Positions 18,400 through 29,165 of a DNA stretch of 64,000 nucleotides are shown one piece after another. Numbering within the stretch: position 1 is the stretch's first letter; every line of letters starts with the position of its first letter. The notes beneath the pieces are model-generated. The model did not search any database. It had not been told where the DNA came from and saw only the letters and a program-made list of their open reading frames with translations. Source of the DNA: Sphingobium sp. (lineage in GTDB: Bacteria > Pseudomonadota > Alphaproteobacteria > Sphingomonadales > Sphingomonadaceae); assembly GCA_050251675.1 (NCBI GenBank), contig JBFWMJ010000003.1, positions 5,128-69,127 of the forward strand, given 5' to 3'. The translations under genes and the position numbers were made by a program.

Positions 18400-18771
18400 C
18401 TATCCGTCCCCGCCCGGTTCGTTCAAAGCCTTGCCCAGCGCCCGTTCAACCGCGCCGATGGTGAACGGCTTGGAGAGGGTCGGCCGATCCGCATGATCCT
18501 GTGGCAGGTCATCGGCCAGTCCGCCGGTCGCAAAGATGAACGGGATGCTCCGTTCCGCCAATATGTCGGCCACCGGCCAGCTCTTCTCGCCCTGAAGATT
18601 ACAGTCGACCAGCGCCGCGTCGAACCCGCCGCGTCGCGCATGGGCGCAGGCCTCCTCCACGGAAGCGGCGACCGCGTGGAGGCGATAGCCCAGGGCATCG
18701 AGATAATCCTCGAGCATCATGCCGATCATCGCCTCATCCTCCACGACCAGGATGGATTTGCCGTCCGACAT
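18400..18771 (-). CDS. single-domain response regulator, FAT GUY (SdrG/MrrA-like) family
   Basis: 123 aa containing a receiver domain only (ILVVEDE...ALVDCNL...). It carries the family motif PFxFATG as [10 protein letters not shown]. The start was trimmed to MSDGKS, which has an AAAGAGG ribosome-binding site. Confidence 0.8.
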   Translation of the reverse strand: MSDGKSILVVEDEAMIGMMLEDYLDALGYRLHAVAASVEEACAHARRGGFDAALVDCNLQGEKSWPVADILAERSIPFIFATGGLADDLPQDHADRPTLSKPFTIGAVERALGKALNEPGGDG

Positions 18772-18871
18772 GCCTCTTTTTCCCCTTCGTCCTGCCAGCC
18801 GGGCTATCCTATCCTCTCCCGCTTGCCCAGCATAAACCGGCCGGCCGGCCGCGAATTCACGCCGCCCGCTT

Positions 18872-21304
18872 TCAGGGCGCGGCCGTCCCCATCGCCAGTG
18901 CGTCGCGGGCCGCCTCCGCCAGTTGGCTGACCGAAAAGGGCTTGGGCAGGAAGGCCACATGGGGCAGATCGATGGATTTGCGCAACTGCTCCTCGGCATA
19001 GCCCGACATGAACAGCACCGGCAGATCGGGATGGGTCACGCGCGCCCGGGCGACCATGGCCGGACCGTCCATGTTCGGCATGACCACGTCCGATATCAGC
19101 AGATCGATGCGTTCGCCCCGGGCCAGCACCTCCAGCCCCTGTTCGCCGTCATTGGCGGTGAGCACCGTATAGCCCTGCCGCGCCAGCGCCCGCTGCGCGA
19201 CGGCGCGAACCATGTCCTCGTCCTCCACCAGCAGGACGGTGCCCGTGCCCCAGGTTTCGGCGCGGCGGGGGGCCGCCGCCTTCGCCTGGTCGCGTTCCTT
19301 CCCCTCCGCCTCGGCGCCGGCATAGACGGGCAGATAGAGGACGAAACTGGCGCCGCGGCCCAGTTCGGACTCGGCGAAGATATAGCCGCCCGACTGCTTG
19401 ACGATGCCATAGACGGTGGACAGGCCGAGGCCGGTGCCCTTCCCCATTTCCTTGGTCGTGAAAAACGGTTCGAAGATCTTGGACAATATATCGGGCGGAA
19501 TGCCAAGGCCGCTGTCCGACACGCGAAGCGCGGTATAGTCGGCCACCGGCAGAATCTCCTGCCGCATCTCGCGCACTCTGGCCGCGGGCACGGCATAGGT
19601 CTGGATGTTGACCGTACCCCCCTTGGCCATCGCGTCGCGGGCATTGACGACCAGATTGACGATCACCTGCTCCAGCTGGCCCGGATCGGCGCGCACGGCC
19701 CCCAGATTGCGACCGTGGCTCACCTCCAGCGTCACATTCTCGCCCAGCAGCCGTTTGAGCAGGTTGGACACGTCGGCCACGATGTCGGGCAGTTGCAACA
19801 CCTGCGGCCGCAGCGTCTGCTGGCGTGAAAAGGCAAGCAGCTGGCGGGTCAGGCCCGCCGCCCGGTTGCTGTTCGACTTGATCTGCTGAATGTCGTCATA
19901 ATCGCTGTCGCCAGGCGTGTGGCGCATCAGCATCAGGTCGCAATGACCGATGATCGCTGTCAGTATATTGTTGAAATCATGGGCGACGCCGCCGGCGAGC
20001 TGCCCGATCGCCTGCATCTTGGTCGCCTGGGCAACCTGCCGCTTGAGCTTGCTTTCCTCACTATTGTCCTTGAGGCTGAGAAGCACCGCGGCATCGCCCA
20101 GCCCCCGCACACCCGCCAGGCTGAGCGCCACCGGCTCATCGGGCTGGTCACGCATGCGTACCGCGATATCGCCGGACATTTGCGGCCCAACGGCGAAGCG
20201 GCGCACCGCGTCGGCCACCGCGCCCCTGTCCTCCCGAACGACCAGATCGCCGGGATAGCTCGGCTTGTCGCCGGGCTGCAAACCGGCGGCGCGCGCGAAC
20301 GCCTTGTTGAGGAAAAGGACGCGCCCGTCGCGATCCGCCATCGCCAGGCCAAAGGGCAGCAGCGACAACAGGGTTTCGATATAGGCAAGGGCGCTGGTGC
20401 CGCCGCCCCCAGTCGGCTCGTCGATCAGCAGCAGCAGCATCGGCCCGTCATGGGGCGCGGTGGGCGGCGCGACGGCGGCGCCGGTCCGGCGCAAGGGCAC
20501 CTGCAACAGGCGCAGCGGCACGCCGCCGATCTCCTCTCGCGCCAGGAACAGCCGCCCCTTGTCATCGACGCGCATATGGGCGGCGAAATCCCGGCCAGTG
20601 ATATTGGCGTCCGGGCGACCCGCGGCGCGCAACAGGAAGGCCCCGTTCGCGGCGCGGATGCGGCCCTCCCCCCCGATCATTGCCGCCATCACGCCCGCTT
20701 CGCCCAGTTGCCGGCCGGCCTCCCCGGTCAGCAGGCGATGGACGTCGTCGACTGCGCTGGGCTGGCGCATGGGGGTGAACCGCCACAGCAGATAATCGTC
20801 GGTCCGCCCGGTCCGGGCGACATCGACCTGCAAACGCAGGGCGCCGTGGCTGACCCCTTCCACCATCGCCGCTCCGTCGCGCCAGGCAGAGCGCGCCGCG
20901 GCGGACAGTTCCTCCGTCAGCGCCGCGTCGGCGGTCAGCGCGGGGGGCGCGGGATAGCCGGCGAACCATTCCCCGAACAGGTCGCTGGCACACACCAGCC
21001 GTCCGGCCCGGTCGGTGACCGCGATCGCCATGTTGGATGCATCGGCTGCCGCGCGCGCGACCGTCCAGTCCGGCATGACCTCTCCATCCGGCACGGCCGC
21101 GGCATAGGTGCGGCGCGCCCAGACGGTCAGCAGGCCCAACAGCAGCGACGTGGCGGCGAAGCCTCCGGCCAGCGCCCAGTCCCTGATCGCCAGCCAGACG
21201 ATGCCGGCGGACAACAGCGCCGCGGCGATCAACAGCGACAGGAAAGCCCGTGACGACGGCGTCGCCGCCAAAGCACCGCTATCTTTCGTCACTCGCGCGG
21301 CCAT
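18872..21304 (-). CDS. cckA: hybrid sensor histidine kinase/response regulator, CckA-like
   Basis: Two N-terminal TM helices, PAS regions, the H-box [30 protein letters not shown] (very CckA-like), a HATPase domain ([13 protein letters not shown]) and a C-terminal receiver ([10 protein letters not shown]...[10 protein letters not shown]). The start was trimmed to MAARVTKD so that it clears the upstream gene. Confidence 0.7.
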   Translation of the reverse strand: MAARVTKDSGALAATPSSRAFLSLLIAAALLSAGIVWLAIRDWALAGGFAATSLLLGLLTVWARRTYAAAVPDGEVMPDWTVARAAADASNMAIAVTDRAGRLVCASDLFGEWFAGYPAPPALTADAALTEELSAAARSAWRDGAAMVEGVSHGALRLQVDVARTGRTDDYLLWRFTPMRQPSAVDDVHRLLTGEAGRQLGEAGVMAAMIGGEGRIRAANGAFLLRAAGRPDANITGRDFAAHMRVDDKGRLFLAREEIGGVPLRLLQVPLRRTGAAVAPPTAPHDGPMLLLLIDEPTGGGGTSALAYIETLLSLLPFGLAMADRDGRVLFLNKAFARAAGLQPGDKPSYPGDLVVREDRGAVADAVRRFAVGPQMSGDIAVRMRDQPDEPVALSLAGVRGLGDAAVLLSLKDNSEESKLKRQVAQATKMQAIGQLAGGVAHDFNNILTAIIGHCDLMLMRHTPGDSDYDDIQQIKSNSNRAAGLTRQLLAFSRQQTLRPQVLQLPDIVADVSNLLKRLLGENVTLEVSHGRNLGAVRADPGQLEQVIVNLVVNARDAMAKGGTVNIQTYAVPAARVREMRQEILPVADYTALRVSDSGLGIPPDILSKIFEPFFTTKEMGKGTGLGLSTVYGIVKQSGGYIFAESELGRGASFVLYLPVYAGAEAEGKERDQAKAAAPRRAETWGTGTVLLVEDEDMVRAVAQRALARQGYTVLTANDGEQGLEVLARGERIDLLISDVVMPNMDGPAMVARARVTHPDLPVLFMSGYAEEQLRKSIDLPHVAFLPKPFSVSQLAEAARDALAMGTAAP

Positions 21305-21368
21305 GTCCCGCGATAATCCTGCACAAACGGTCCCCTCTGGCAGAGTGGTGAATACCGATCCCGCGCGC

Positions 21369-21977
21369 TCAGGCGGCGGACTCTTCCAATGTGCCGCTTT
21401 CGGCGCGCTTGCCAATCCTCAATTTGCGGGCCTGCCATTTGCGACCCATGCGGCGGCGCCAGAACCAGTCGGACAGGACATAGCCGATGACCGCGCTGAC
21501 CAGCGAAATCAGGAACAGGCCCAGCAGCATGGCAGGCGCCGCTTCGGACAGCAGCCATGCGGTCCACTGGCCGATCGACGCATGACCGTCGACTAGCGCC
21601 ATGAAGCCCGACGCATCGGCGCTGCGGCCCAGCATGCGGTTGCCCAGCCATACCGAAGCCATCAGGATAAGCGGCGTCGTCGCCGGGTTGGACAGGAAAG
21701 TCATGGCCGCCGCGATCGGGATATTGGCGCGGAACGGCAGCGCGAACAAGGCCGCACCGGCGATCTGTACACCGGGGATCAGCAGGAAAATGCCGACGAA
21801 CAAACCCAGCGCCACGCCGCGCGGCACCGACCGGCGGGTAAAGCGCCAGAGCGAAGGTTCCAGCACCCGGTGCGCGACCGGCGCCAGGAACCGGTTATGC
21901 TCCAGCGATTCGCGGGTCGGGGCGTTGGCTTGCCACCAGCGGCTGAAACGCCCGGTGCCCTTTGACGTCTCCATCAC
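21369..21977 (-). CDS. DUF2062 family membrane protein
   Basis: 202 aa. [54 protein letters not shown] is typical of DUF2062. It overlaps the smpB stop by 4 nt. Confidence 0.7.
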   Translation of the reverse strand: MMETSKGTGRFSRWWQANAPTRESLEHNRFLAPVAHRVLEPSLWRFTRRSVPRGVALGLFVGIFLLIPGVQIAGAALFALPFRANIPIAAAMTFLSNPATTPLILMASVWLGNRMLGRSADASGFMALVDGHASIGQWTAWLLSEAAPAMLLGLFLISLVSAVIGYVLSDWFWRRRMGRKWQARKLRIGKRAESGTLEESAA

Positions 21978-22456
21978 CCCTTGTCCCGCATGATGCGCGC
22001 CTGGTCGCGCTTCCAGTCGCGGTCCTTGACGACCTCGCGCTTGTCGTGGGTCTTCTTTCCCTTGGCCAGCGCCAGTTCGATCTTCGCCCGGCCGGTGCTG
22101 TTGAAATAGATCATCAACGGCACCAGCGTCATGCCCTGACGCGACACGGCGCTGTGCATCTTCTCAATCTCCCGCTCATGCAGCAACAGCTTGCGGGGAC
22201 GGCGCGGTTCGTGATTCTGGCGGTTGCCGTGACTGTATTCGGGGATGTTGCTGTTCACCAGAAACACCTGATTCCCCTTCACCTCGGCATAGCTTTCGGC
22301 AATATTACCCTCCCCGCCGCGCAGCGCCTTCACCTCGGTGCCCTGCAAGGCGATGCCCGCCTCGAACACGTCTTCGATGAAATACTCAAAGCGCGCGCGC
22401 CGGTTCTCGGCGACGATCTTCTTCTTGTCGAAGGTTGCGGGACGCGGACGGGCCAT
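21974..22456 (-). CDS. smpB: SsrA(tmRNA)-binding protein SmpB
   Basis: [35 protein letters not shown]...LLLHEREI is a classic SmpB sequence. Confidence 0.9.
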   Translation of the reverse strand: MARPRPATFDKKKIVAENRRARFEYFIEDVFEAGIALQGTEVKALRGGEGNIAESYAEVKGNQVFLVNSNIPEYSHGNRQNHEPRRPRKLLLHEREIEKMHSAVSRQGMTLVPLMIYFNSTGRAKIELALAKGKKTHDKREVVKDRDWKRDQARIMRDKG

Positions 22457-22500
22457 GAATTCCTTGCTAACTCACTTCATCATATAGTGCCGCTGTCCGG

Positions 22501-23379
22501 TCAGACCAGACCGGCGATTTCCAACGCCCGGTCGACGGTGGCCCGGCTCGTTTCCGACGGCCAGGTAATCGGCAGCCGAAGATCGCCGGGCATGTCGGGC
22601 CTGACCCGCGTCAGCGCATATTTGACCGGTCCAGGTGAAGAATCGCTGAACAGCGCGTCGTGCAGGGGATAGAGGCGATCCTGAAGCGCCAGCGCGCCTG
22701 CCCAGTCGCCGCGCGCCGTCGCCGCCTGAAAATCGGCGCACAGCCGCGGCGCGACATTGGCGGTGACGGATATGCACCCGCGCCCCCCCATGGCGTTGAA
22801 CCCCAACGCCGTTTCGTCATTGCCGGACAGCTGACGGAAATCGGGGCCGCAGGCAAGCCGCTGGGCGGTCACCCGTCCCAGATTGCCGGTGGCGTCCTTC
22901 ACCCCGACGATCGATGGATATTCCTCCACCAGCCGATGCATGACCGGCACGCTGATATCGGTGATCGTCCGGCTGGGCACGTTGTAGAGCAGGATGGGCA
23001 GGTCGCAATGCGACGCCAGCCAGGCGAAATGCCGATAGACGCCCTCCTGATTGGGCTTGTTATAATAAGGCGCGACGACCAGCGCCGCGCTCGCCCCGGC
23101 CGCCTGCGCCGCAAACATATGCTCCAGCGCGATGCGCGTGTCGTTCGACCCGCACCCGGCGATCACCGGCACCCGGCCCGCCGCCTGGTCGACGCACATG
23201 GCGATGACGCGATTATGCTCCTCCACCGTCATGGTGGCGCTTTCGCCGGTCGTACCGCACGGGACGAGCGCGCTCGACCTCTGTTCGATCTGCCAGTCCA
23301 CAAAGGCGCGGAACGCCGCCTCGTCGACCCGGTCGTCGCGAAAAGGCGTCACCAGCGCCGGAATCGACCCGGAAAACAT
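22501..23379 (-). CDS. dapA: 4-hydroxy-tetrahydrodipicolinate synthase
   Basis: MFSGSIPALVTPFRDDRVDEAAFRAFVDWQIEQRSSALVPCGTTGESATMT..., 292 aa. Confidence 0.9.
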   Translation of the reverse strand: MFSGSIPALVTPFRDDRVDEAAFRAFVDWQIEQRSSALVPCGTTGESATMTVEEHNRVIAMCVDQAAGRVPVIAGCGSNDTRIALEHMFAAQAAGASAALVVAPYYNKPNQEGVYRHFAWLASHCDLPILLYNVPSRTITDISVPVMHRLVEEYPSIVGVKDATGNLGRVTAQRLACGPDFRQLSGNDETALGFNAMGGRGCISVTANVAPRLCADFQAATARGDWAGALALQDRLYPLHDALFSDSSPGPVKYALTRVRPDMPGDLRLPITWPSETSRATVDRALEIAGLV

Positions 23380-23478
23380 GATTAAACTCCTTCAATTCAC
23401 CGGGATTCCGGGGCATGATCACGCGAAGGGCGCGCTATAGCGCGTCATTCACGGCGTGATAAGGATGCAATTGCGATA

Positions 23479-25578
23479 ATGTTCACGATGCTATCGTTCA
23501 GCGGTTCCCGCCCCTATATGGTTCGCATGTCCATTATCGCCCTACTTCTTCTGACCGCCGGCGCGAGCGCCCAGACCGACGGGTCCGCCGCCTCCGGCAC
23601 ATCCCGCCCGACCTATCCGGCCGGCGCCGTGGTACAGCCCATCCCCTCCCAGCCCGCCCAGGGTCAGCCGTCGCAGGGCCAGTGGGATCAGGCGAGCAGC
23701 CGGGTCGGCATGACCGGCGACGCGGCGGTCAGCGCCACGATCAGCCGGTGGCGCGCCCTGCAACAGAGCGACGGCCTGGGCTTTTCGGCCTATTCCAGCT
23801 TCATCCTGGCCAATCCGGGCTGGCCGGGGGAGGACAGGATGCGCCGCCTGGCCGAAGCCGGCATCAACCCCGACAGCTTCGACCCGCGGCAGGTGACCGC
23901 CTTTTTCGCGCGCTTCCCCGCGCGCACGGCGGCGGGACATGCCCGCAATGCCGTCGCCCTGACGCAGCTTGGCCGGATGGAGGAGGCAAGAATCGCCGCG
24001 CGCAACGCGTGGGTCGGCGGCTCGCTCGGCCCCACGGACGAGGCGCGTTTGCTTTCCCTGTTCGGGTCCGGCCTCACCCCGGCCGATCACGACCAGCGTG
24101 CCGACACGCTGCTGTGGGGCGGCGACGTCAGCGGGGCGCAACGCATGCTCCCTTATGTCAGCCCCGCGCGCCGGGCGGTGTTCGACGCACGGATCGCCTT
24201 CCGCCGCAAGGCGCCCGACGCCGCGGCGAAGATGCAGATGGCCGAAAGCCAGGGCGCGGGCGACGCCGGCTTCATCGCGGACAAGGCGATGTGGCTGCGC
24301 GACACCGGCAACTGGGTCGCCGGCCGGCAATATCTGGCCAATCGTCCCACCTTGACCACGCGCCCGGCCAATGCCGAAAAATGGTATGAAGTCCTGCTGA
24401 ACCAGGCCCGCGCGGCGGCGGCCGACAGCCAGTGGAGCTTCGCCTATGCGATCGCCAGCAAGCTGGACGACGCCTATGCGCCAGGAGTCGAGGTCCGCGA
24501 CCGACCGATCGGGGAGCGGGACGATTATACCAGTCTCGCCTGGCTGGCGGGCACGACCGCCTTCTATAATCTCAACCGGCCCGCCGACGCCCTCCCGATG
24601 TTCCGGCGCTACGCGACCGCCGCACGGTCGCCGCAAACCCAGTCCAAGGGCTATTACTGGGCCGGCCGCGCCGCTCTGGCGGCGGGCGACCGCGCCGGCG
24701 CCGAAAGCTGGTTCGCGCAGGCCGCCATTTTCCCCGACCAGTTTTACGGGCAGCTCGCGCTGGAGCGCATGGGACGCCCGATCCCCCCGCCCGCGACGGT
24801 GGACCGGGGAGTCCAGATTTCCGCCGCCGACCGCGCGGCCTTCAACGCCCGGTCGGTGGTGCGGGCGGTCAAGGCGCTGGGCCAGATGGGCTATTGGGAC
24901 GATCAGGGCAAATTCGCCCGCGCCATCGCCAACGGCGCGGAAAGCGACACCGATCATTATCTCGCCGCCGAACTCGCCGCCAGCATCGGCCGTCCCGACA
25001 TGAGCGTGATGGTCGGCCGCCGCGCCCTGTCCAACGGCCTGAGCGGATACGGCGCCAGCGCCTTTCCCCGCGTTCCCGTACCGCCTTCCCAGCAGTCCAA
25101 CTGGACCATGATCCACGCCATCGCGCGGCAGGAAAGCCAGTTCGACAGGCAGATCGTCAGCAGCGCCGGCGCGCGCGGCCTGATGCAGCTGATGCCGGGC
25201 ACAGCACGCGAACAGGCCGGCAAGATGGGGCTGGGTCAGGGATCTTTGAACGATCCGGCCTACAACATCATGCTGGGGTCGGGCTATTATCAGCGCATGC
25301 TCAGCTATTATGGCGGCAGCCACCCGCTGGCGGTCGCCGCCTATAATGCGGGACCGGGCAATGTGAACAAGTGGATTGCCGCCCATGGCGATCCGCGCCT
25401 GCCCGGCGCCGACATGCTGCGGTGGATCGAACGGATTCCGTTTTTCGAGACCCGCAATTACGTTCAGCGCGTCCTGGAAAACGCGGTCGTCTATGATGCG
25501 ATGAACCCGCAACAGGCGAAATTCCGCGGCACGCCCGCCGTGCTGTCGCGCTATCTGGGCAAGCCGACGCCGGGCTAA
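23479..25578 (+). CDS. slt: soluble lytic murein transglycosylase (Slt family)
   Basis: Signal peptide, a superhelical N-terminal region and the C-terminal SLT catalytic motif ESQFDRQIVSSAGARGLMQLMPGTA...AAYNAGPGNV. The start could be one of several ATGs between 23479 and 23527. Confidence 0.8.
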   Translation: MFTMLSFSGSRPYMVRMSIIALLLLTAGASAQTDGSAASGTSRPTYPAGAVVQPIPSQPAQGQPSQGQWDQASSRVGMTGDAAVSATISRWRALQQSDGLGFSAYSSFILANPGWPGEDRMRRLAEAGINPDSFDPRQVTAFFARFPARTAAGHARNAVALTQLGRMEEARIAARNAWVGGSLGPTDEARLLSLFGSGLTPADHDQRADTLLWGGDVSGAQRMLPYVSPARRAVFDARIAFRRKAPDAAAKMQMAESQGAGDAGFIADKAMWLRDTGNWVAGRQYLANRPTLTTRPANAEKWYEVLLNQARAAAADSQWSFAYAIASKLDDAYAPGVEVRDRPIGERDDYTSLAWLAGTTAFYNLNRPADALPMFRRYATAARSPQTQSKGYYWAGRAALAAGDRAGAESWFAQAAIFPDQFYGQLALERMGRPIPPPATVDRGVQISAADRAAFNARSVVRAVKALGQMGYWDDQGKFARAIANGAESDTDHYLAAELAASIGRPDMSVMVGRRALSNGLSGYGASAFPRVPVPPSQQSNWTMIHAIARQESQFDRQIVSSAGARGLMQLMPGTAREQAGKMGLGQGSLNDPAYNIMLGSGYYQRMLSYYGGSHPLAVAAYNAGPGNVNKWIAAHGDPRLPGADMLRWIERIPFFETRNYVQRVLENAVVYDAMNPQQAKFRGTPAVLSRYLGKPTPG

Positions 25579-25685
25579 CAGACCGGCTTGTGTGAAAACA
25601 GTTATGGACAAAGCCGCCCCGGCGCCGCCCCCCGGCCCCGCCGCATAGGGACTGACACGGCGTGTCCGGCAGGTTACATCGCGCC

Positions 25686-26171
25686 ATGACCACGCCCCAT
25701 CCCAATTACATCTCCCCCGAAGGGTTCGCGAAACTGCGCGCCGAATATGACCAGTTGCTCGGCGTGGAGCGGCCGGCGGTCGTGGACGTGGTGAGCTGGG
25801 CCGCGGGCAACGGCGACCGCTCCGAAAATGGCGACTATCTCTATGGCCGCAAGCGGATGCGGGAAATCGACGGGCGGCTGAAGCGGCTGGCCCGCAAGAT
25901 GAAAGACGCAAAGGTGGTCGACCCGCGCCAGCAGCCGGACAAGGGCCGCGTCTATTTCGGCGCCACGGTCACCATCGCGGACGAGGAAGACAGGCATCGC
26001 ACCGTCACGATCGTCGGCAATGACGAAACGGACGTCGACGCGGGGCGGATCGGCTGGGGATCGCCGCTGGCGCGCAGCCTGCGCGGCGCGGCGGTCGGCG
26101 ACCTGCGCCGCGTGACCTTGCCAGCCGGCGAGAAGGAGTATGAGATCATGGCGATCGCCTATCCCGATTAG
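25686..26171 (+). CDS. greB: transcription elongation factor GreB
   Basis: YISPEGFAKLRAEYDQLL..RPAVVDVVSWAAGNGDRSENGDYLYGRKRMREIDGRLKRL aligns by eye with E. coli GreB over its full length. Confidence 0.85.
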   Translation: MTTPHPNYISPEGFAKLRAEYDQLLGVERPAVVDVVSWAAGNGDRSENGDYLYGRKRMREIDGRLKRLARKMKDAKVVDPRQQPDKGRVYFGATVTIADEEDRHRTVTIVGNDETDVDAGRIGWGSPLARSLRGAAVGDLRRVTLPAGEKEYEIMAIAYPD

Positions 26172-26659
26172 GACAGGGCGCCGCCCGCCACCCAGCGATC
26201 AGCCACGCAGGACACCTTGTACGACAGACGCGCGCATCGATGCTGGCATACGGCACGGCGGCGCCATGGGGGCTGCCTCAGCCCGCGAACAACCGCCCTG
26301 CCCCCTACCGCCGCCATATGCGAACCGGACCGCACGCCGCCCCCGCGTTCCCCGTATCGGCCGGCCAGCGCGACGTCTGCGGGAACGGCAAATCGGTACG
26401 CCCATAGGGACCTTGCACCGACCTGCCCGTACCGCCCGATGCCATGCTGTGGTCGATCCGACGATGCCGAACCACCTGTGGTTGAGGACGGATCGATATT
26501 CAGACGATGGCGTGACGAAAATGGCGGTTTTTCGTGACCCGGAGCACAGCCTGCGTACGGCAGGTAAGCGACGGAAGCACAGGAAATCGCCATTTTCAGG
26601 CCGGCGGGACTGAATGCCGATCCGTCCTGAACCACCGCGCGGAATAGCGGTGACGTTCG

Positions 26660-28426
26660 TCAGGCGGCGATATCATAGGGCCGGATTTCACCCTTCAGAT
26701 AGAGGTTGCGCGCCTTCGACCGGCTCAGCTTGCCGGAACTGGTGCGCGGCAGGGTGCGCGGCGGGACAAGTTCGACAACACAGTTCATGCCGGTGATGGC
26801 CCGCACCCGCTCACGGATCTGGTCGCGCAGGCGCGAACGTTCCTCATTGTCCGACGTGCGGCAATGGACCAGCACGGCCGGCGCCTCCTCCCCGCCCGGC
26901 GTCGTGATGGCGAAGGCGGCGATGTCGCCCTGCTTGAACCCGGGCAGTTGCTCGACCGCCCATTCGATGTCCTGCGGCCAATGGTTGCGGCCGTTGATGA
27001 TGATCATGTCCTTGGCGCGGCCGACAATGTAGAGATAGCCGTCGGACAGATAGCCCATGTCGCCGGTGTCCAGCCAGCCGTCGACCAGACAGGCCTCGGT
27101 CGCTTCGGGATCACGGAAATAGCCGGCCATCAGGGAAGGACCGGTGGTCCATACCTTGCCGATCTGCCGCTCGTTCAGCGGGGCGCCATCCTCGTCCCTG
27201 ATCTCCACGATCATGTCGCGGGCAGGCTTGCCGCAATTGACGATCGAGCGGAAACGCTGCGGCCGCCCCTCCGTCGCGGTGCCGCCCGACAGGTCGGTTT
27301 CCTCGACCAGTTCGACGATGATCCCTTCGCCCGGCGGCATGATGGTGACGGCCAGCGTCGCTTCGGCCAGGCCATAGCTGGGCAGGAACGCCCGGGGGCT
27401 GAAACCGGCGTCGGCAAACGCATCGACAAAGCTTTGCATCACGTCGGGGCGGATCATGTCCGCGCCGTTGCCGGCCAGGCGCCAGCGCGACAGGTCGAAC
27501 CGGTCGGCCGCCTTGGTCTGGCTAGACATGCGCCGCGCGCATATGTCGTAGCCGAAGGTCGGCGAATAGCTGATCGACGTACCTTCGTTGCGGCTGATAA
27601 GATCGAGCCAGGCGAGCGGACGCCGGGCGAAATCCTCCGTCTTCATATAGTCGGTCGACACCTGGTTGGCGACGACCGACAGGAAACAGCCGACCAGCCC
27701 CATGTCATGATACCAGGGCAGCCAGCTGATGCAGCGGTCGCTGTCCTGCACTTCCATTCCATGGCTGTGCGCGGCCAGATTGCTGAGCAGCGCATGATGG
27801 GTCACGGCGACACCATGCGGGAAACGGGTCGAACCGCTGCTATATTGCAGATAGGCGATCTCGTCCGCCCGCGCCTGCGGCAACGGGCAGGGCCCCGCTT
27901 CGCGCGCGAGGAAATCGGTGAAGGCGATGCTTTCCACCCCGCGCTGGCGCCCCGCCTCGCCGGCCATGTCGGCCAGTTCGGACGGGAACAGGAACAGCGA
28001 GGGATCGCAACTGGTCAGCTGGACATTAAGCTGCTCGACATAGCTTTCCTTGCCGCCGAAACTGGTCGGCAGCGGCAACGGCACCGGCCACGCCCCGGCA
28101 TAGACGACGCCGAAGAACAGCTGGGCGAATTCCGGACCGGTTTCGGCGACCAGCGCGATCCGGTCGGTCGGCCGCACGCCATGCGCGATCAGGCGATGCG
28201 CGCAGGCGACGGCGTCGTCGCGCAGGGCACGGAACGGATAAGGCCGCGTCAACTGACCGCGCGGATCGTGGAAATTGAGGCCGCGCCTGCCCTGCGCCGC
28301 ATAATCCAGCGCCTCGCCCAGTGTTTCGAAATCGGAAAAACGACGTGGCAGATCATCCAGCGTGGGCGTTTTTTCCAGCGCGGCTGTCGTCATGCTCTGC
28401 GAACCCGTCATATTGGTTTCACCCAA
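26660..28426 (-). CDS. fatty-acyl-AMP ligase / AMP-dependent synthetase (FAAL-like)
   Basis: 588 aa. Adenylate-forming core motifs are present (LQYSSGSTRFPHGV, GYGLAEATL-like SYGLAEATL, GDMGY, and SSGKLSRSK at the C-terminus). Several ATGs are possible as the start. Confidence 0.8.
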   Translation of the reverse strand: MGETNMTGSQSMTTAALEKTPTLDDLPRRFSDFETLGEALDYAAQGRRGLNFHDPRGQLTRPYPFRALRDDAVACAHRLIAHGVRPTDRIALVAETGPEFAQLFFGVVYAGAWPVPLPLPTSFGGKESYVEQLNVQLTSCDPSLFLFPSELADMAGEAGRQRGVESIAFTDFLAREAGPCPLPQARADEIAYLQYSSGSTRFPHGVAVTHHALLSNLAAHSHGMEVQDSDRCISWLPWYHDMGLVGCFLSVVANQVSTDYMKTEDFARRPLAWLDLISRNEGTSISYSPTFGYDICARRMSSQTKAADRFDLSRWRLAGNGADMIRPDVMQSFVDAFADAGFSPRAFLPSYGLAEATLAVTIMPPGEGIIVELVEETDLSGGTATEGRPQRFRSIVNCGKPARDMIVEIRDEDGAPLNERQIGKVWTTGPSLMAGYFRDPEATEACLVDGWLDTGDMGYLSDGYLYIVGRAKDMIIINGRNHWPQDIEWAVEQLPGFKQGDIAAFAITTPGGEEAPAVLVHCRTSDNEERSRLRDQIRERVRAITGMNCVVELVPPRTLPRTSSGKLSRSKARNLYLKGEIRPYDIAA

Positions 28427-28580
28427 ATGCCTTTATACTGCGTACCCGGCCGCCGCTATCATCTTTGGTGGCGCCATGCACCGGATAGTTGCGTGCCAGC
28501 TTGTGCTTCTAGCGTATAAGAGGCGGTCAAATTCCGGCCCGACTGTGGCATAAACATGGCGCCCGTGCCGCCAATGGCGC

Positions 28581-29123
28581 ATGATGCGCGCCATGCCGCC
28601 AAAACGCCCCCGCCCGCCGCTCGATCCGGACAGCCTGCGCGACCTGGCGTTGCGCTATGTCGGCCGGTACGCGACCAGCCGCGCGAAACTGCTGGCTTAT
28701 CTGCGCGGGAAAGTGCGCGAGCGCGGATGGGCGGACGACCGCCCGGCCGACCCGGAAGCGTTGGCGGACCGTTTCGCGGCACTGGGCTATATCGACGACG
28801 CGGCCTATGCGGCGATGAAGGGCGCGGCGCTGACGCGGCGGGGCTATGGCCCGCGCCGCGTGGACGACAGCCTGCGCGCCGCCGGCATCGCCGAATCCGA
28901 TCGCGGCGACGCCGCCGGTCAGGCGCGGGAGGATAGCTGGGCGGCGGCGGATCGCTTTGCCCGGCGCAAGCGCATCGGCCCCTATGCTGCGCAGCGCCCC
29001 GACCGCGTCCAGCGCGACCGGATGATCGCCGCCTTCCTGCGCGCGGGCCATGCGATGGACGTGGCACGCCTATGGGTCGATGCGCTTCCCGGCGAACCGC
29101 CGCCAGAACCGGAACAGGGTTAA
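28581..29123 (+). CDS. recX: RecA regulator RecX
   Basis: LRDLALRYVGRYATSRAKLLAYLRGKV...DDAAYA... is the RecX three-helix repeat pattern. The start is uncertain by a few codons. Confidence 0.8.
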   Translation: MMRAMPPKRPRPPLDPDSLRDLALRYVGRYATSRAKLLAYLRGKVRERGWADDRPADPEALADRFAALGYIDDAAYAAMKGAALTRRGYGPRRVDDSLRAAGIAESDRGDAAGQAREDSWAAADRFARRKRIGPYAAQRPDRVQRDRMIAAFLRAGHAMDVARLWVDALPGEPPPEPEQG

Positions 29124-29165
29124 CCCCCCCTCCCCGTGGGCGCGCAAACCGGCTAAGCTGCGGCG

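Noticed and set aside
26140-26635. ORFs of 157 aa (plus strand) and 155 aa (minus strand) filling the greB-FAAL gap. I also checked here for an ACP partner of the FAAL.
   Set aside because: There are no carrier-protein (DSL/DSxD) or other motifs. The composition is typical of non-coding GC-rich DNA read in frame, and the two ORFs exclude each other.
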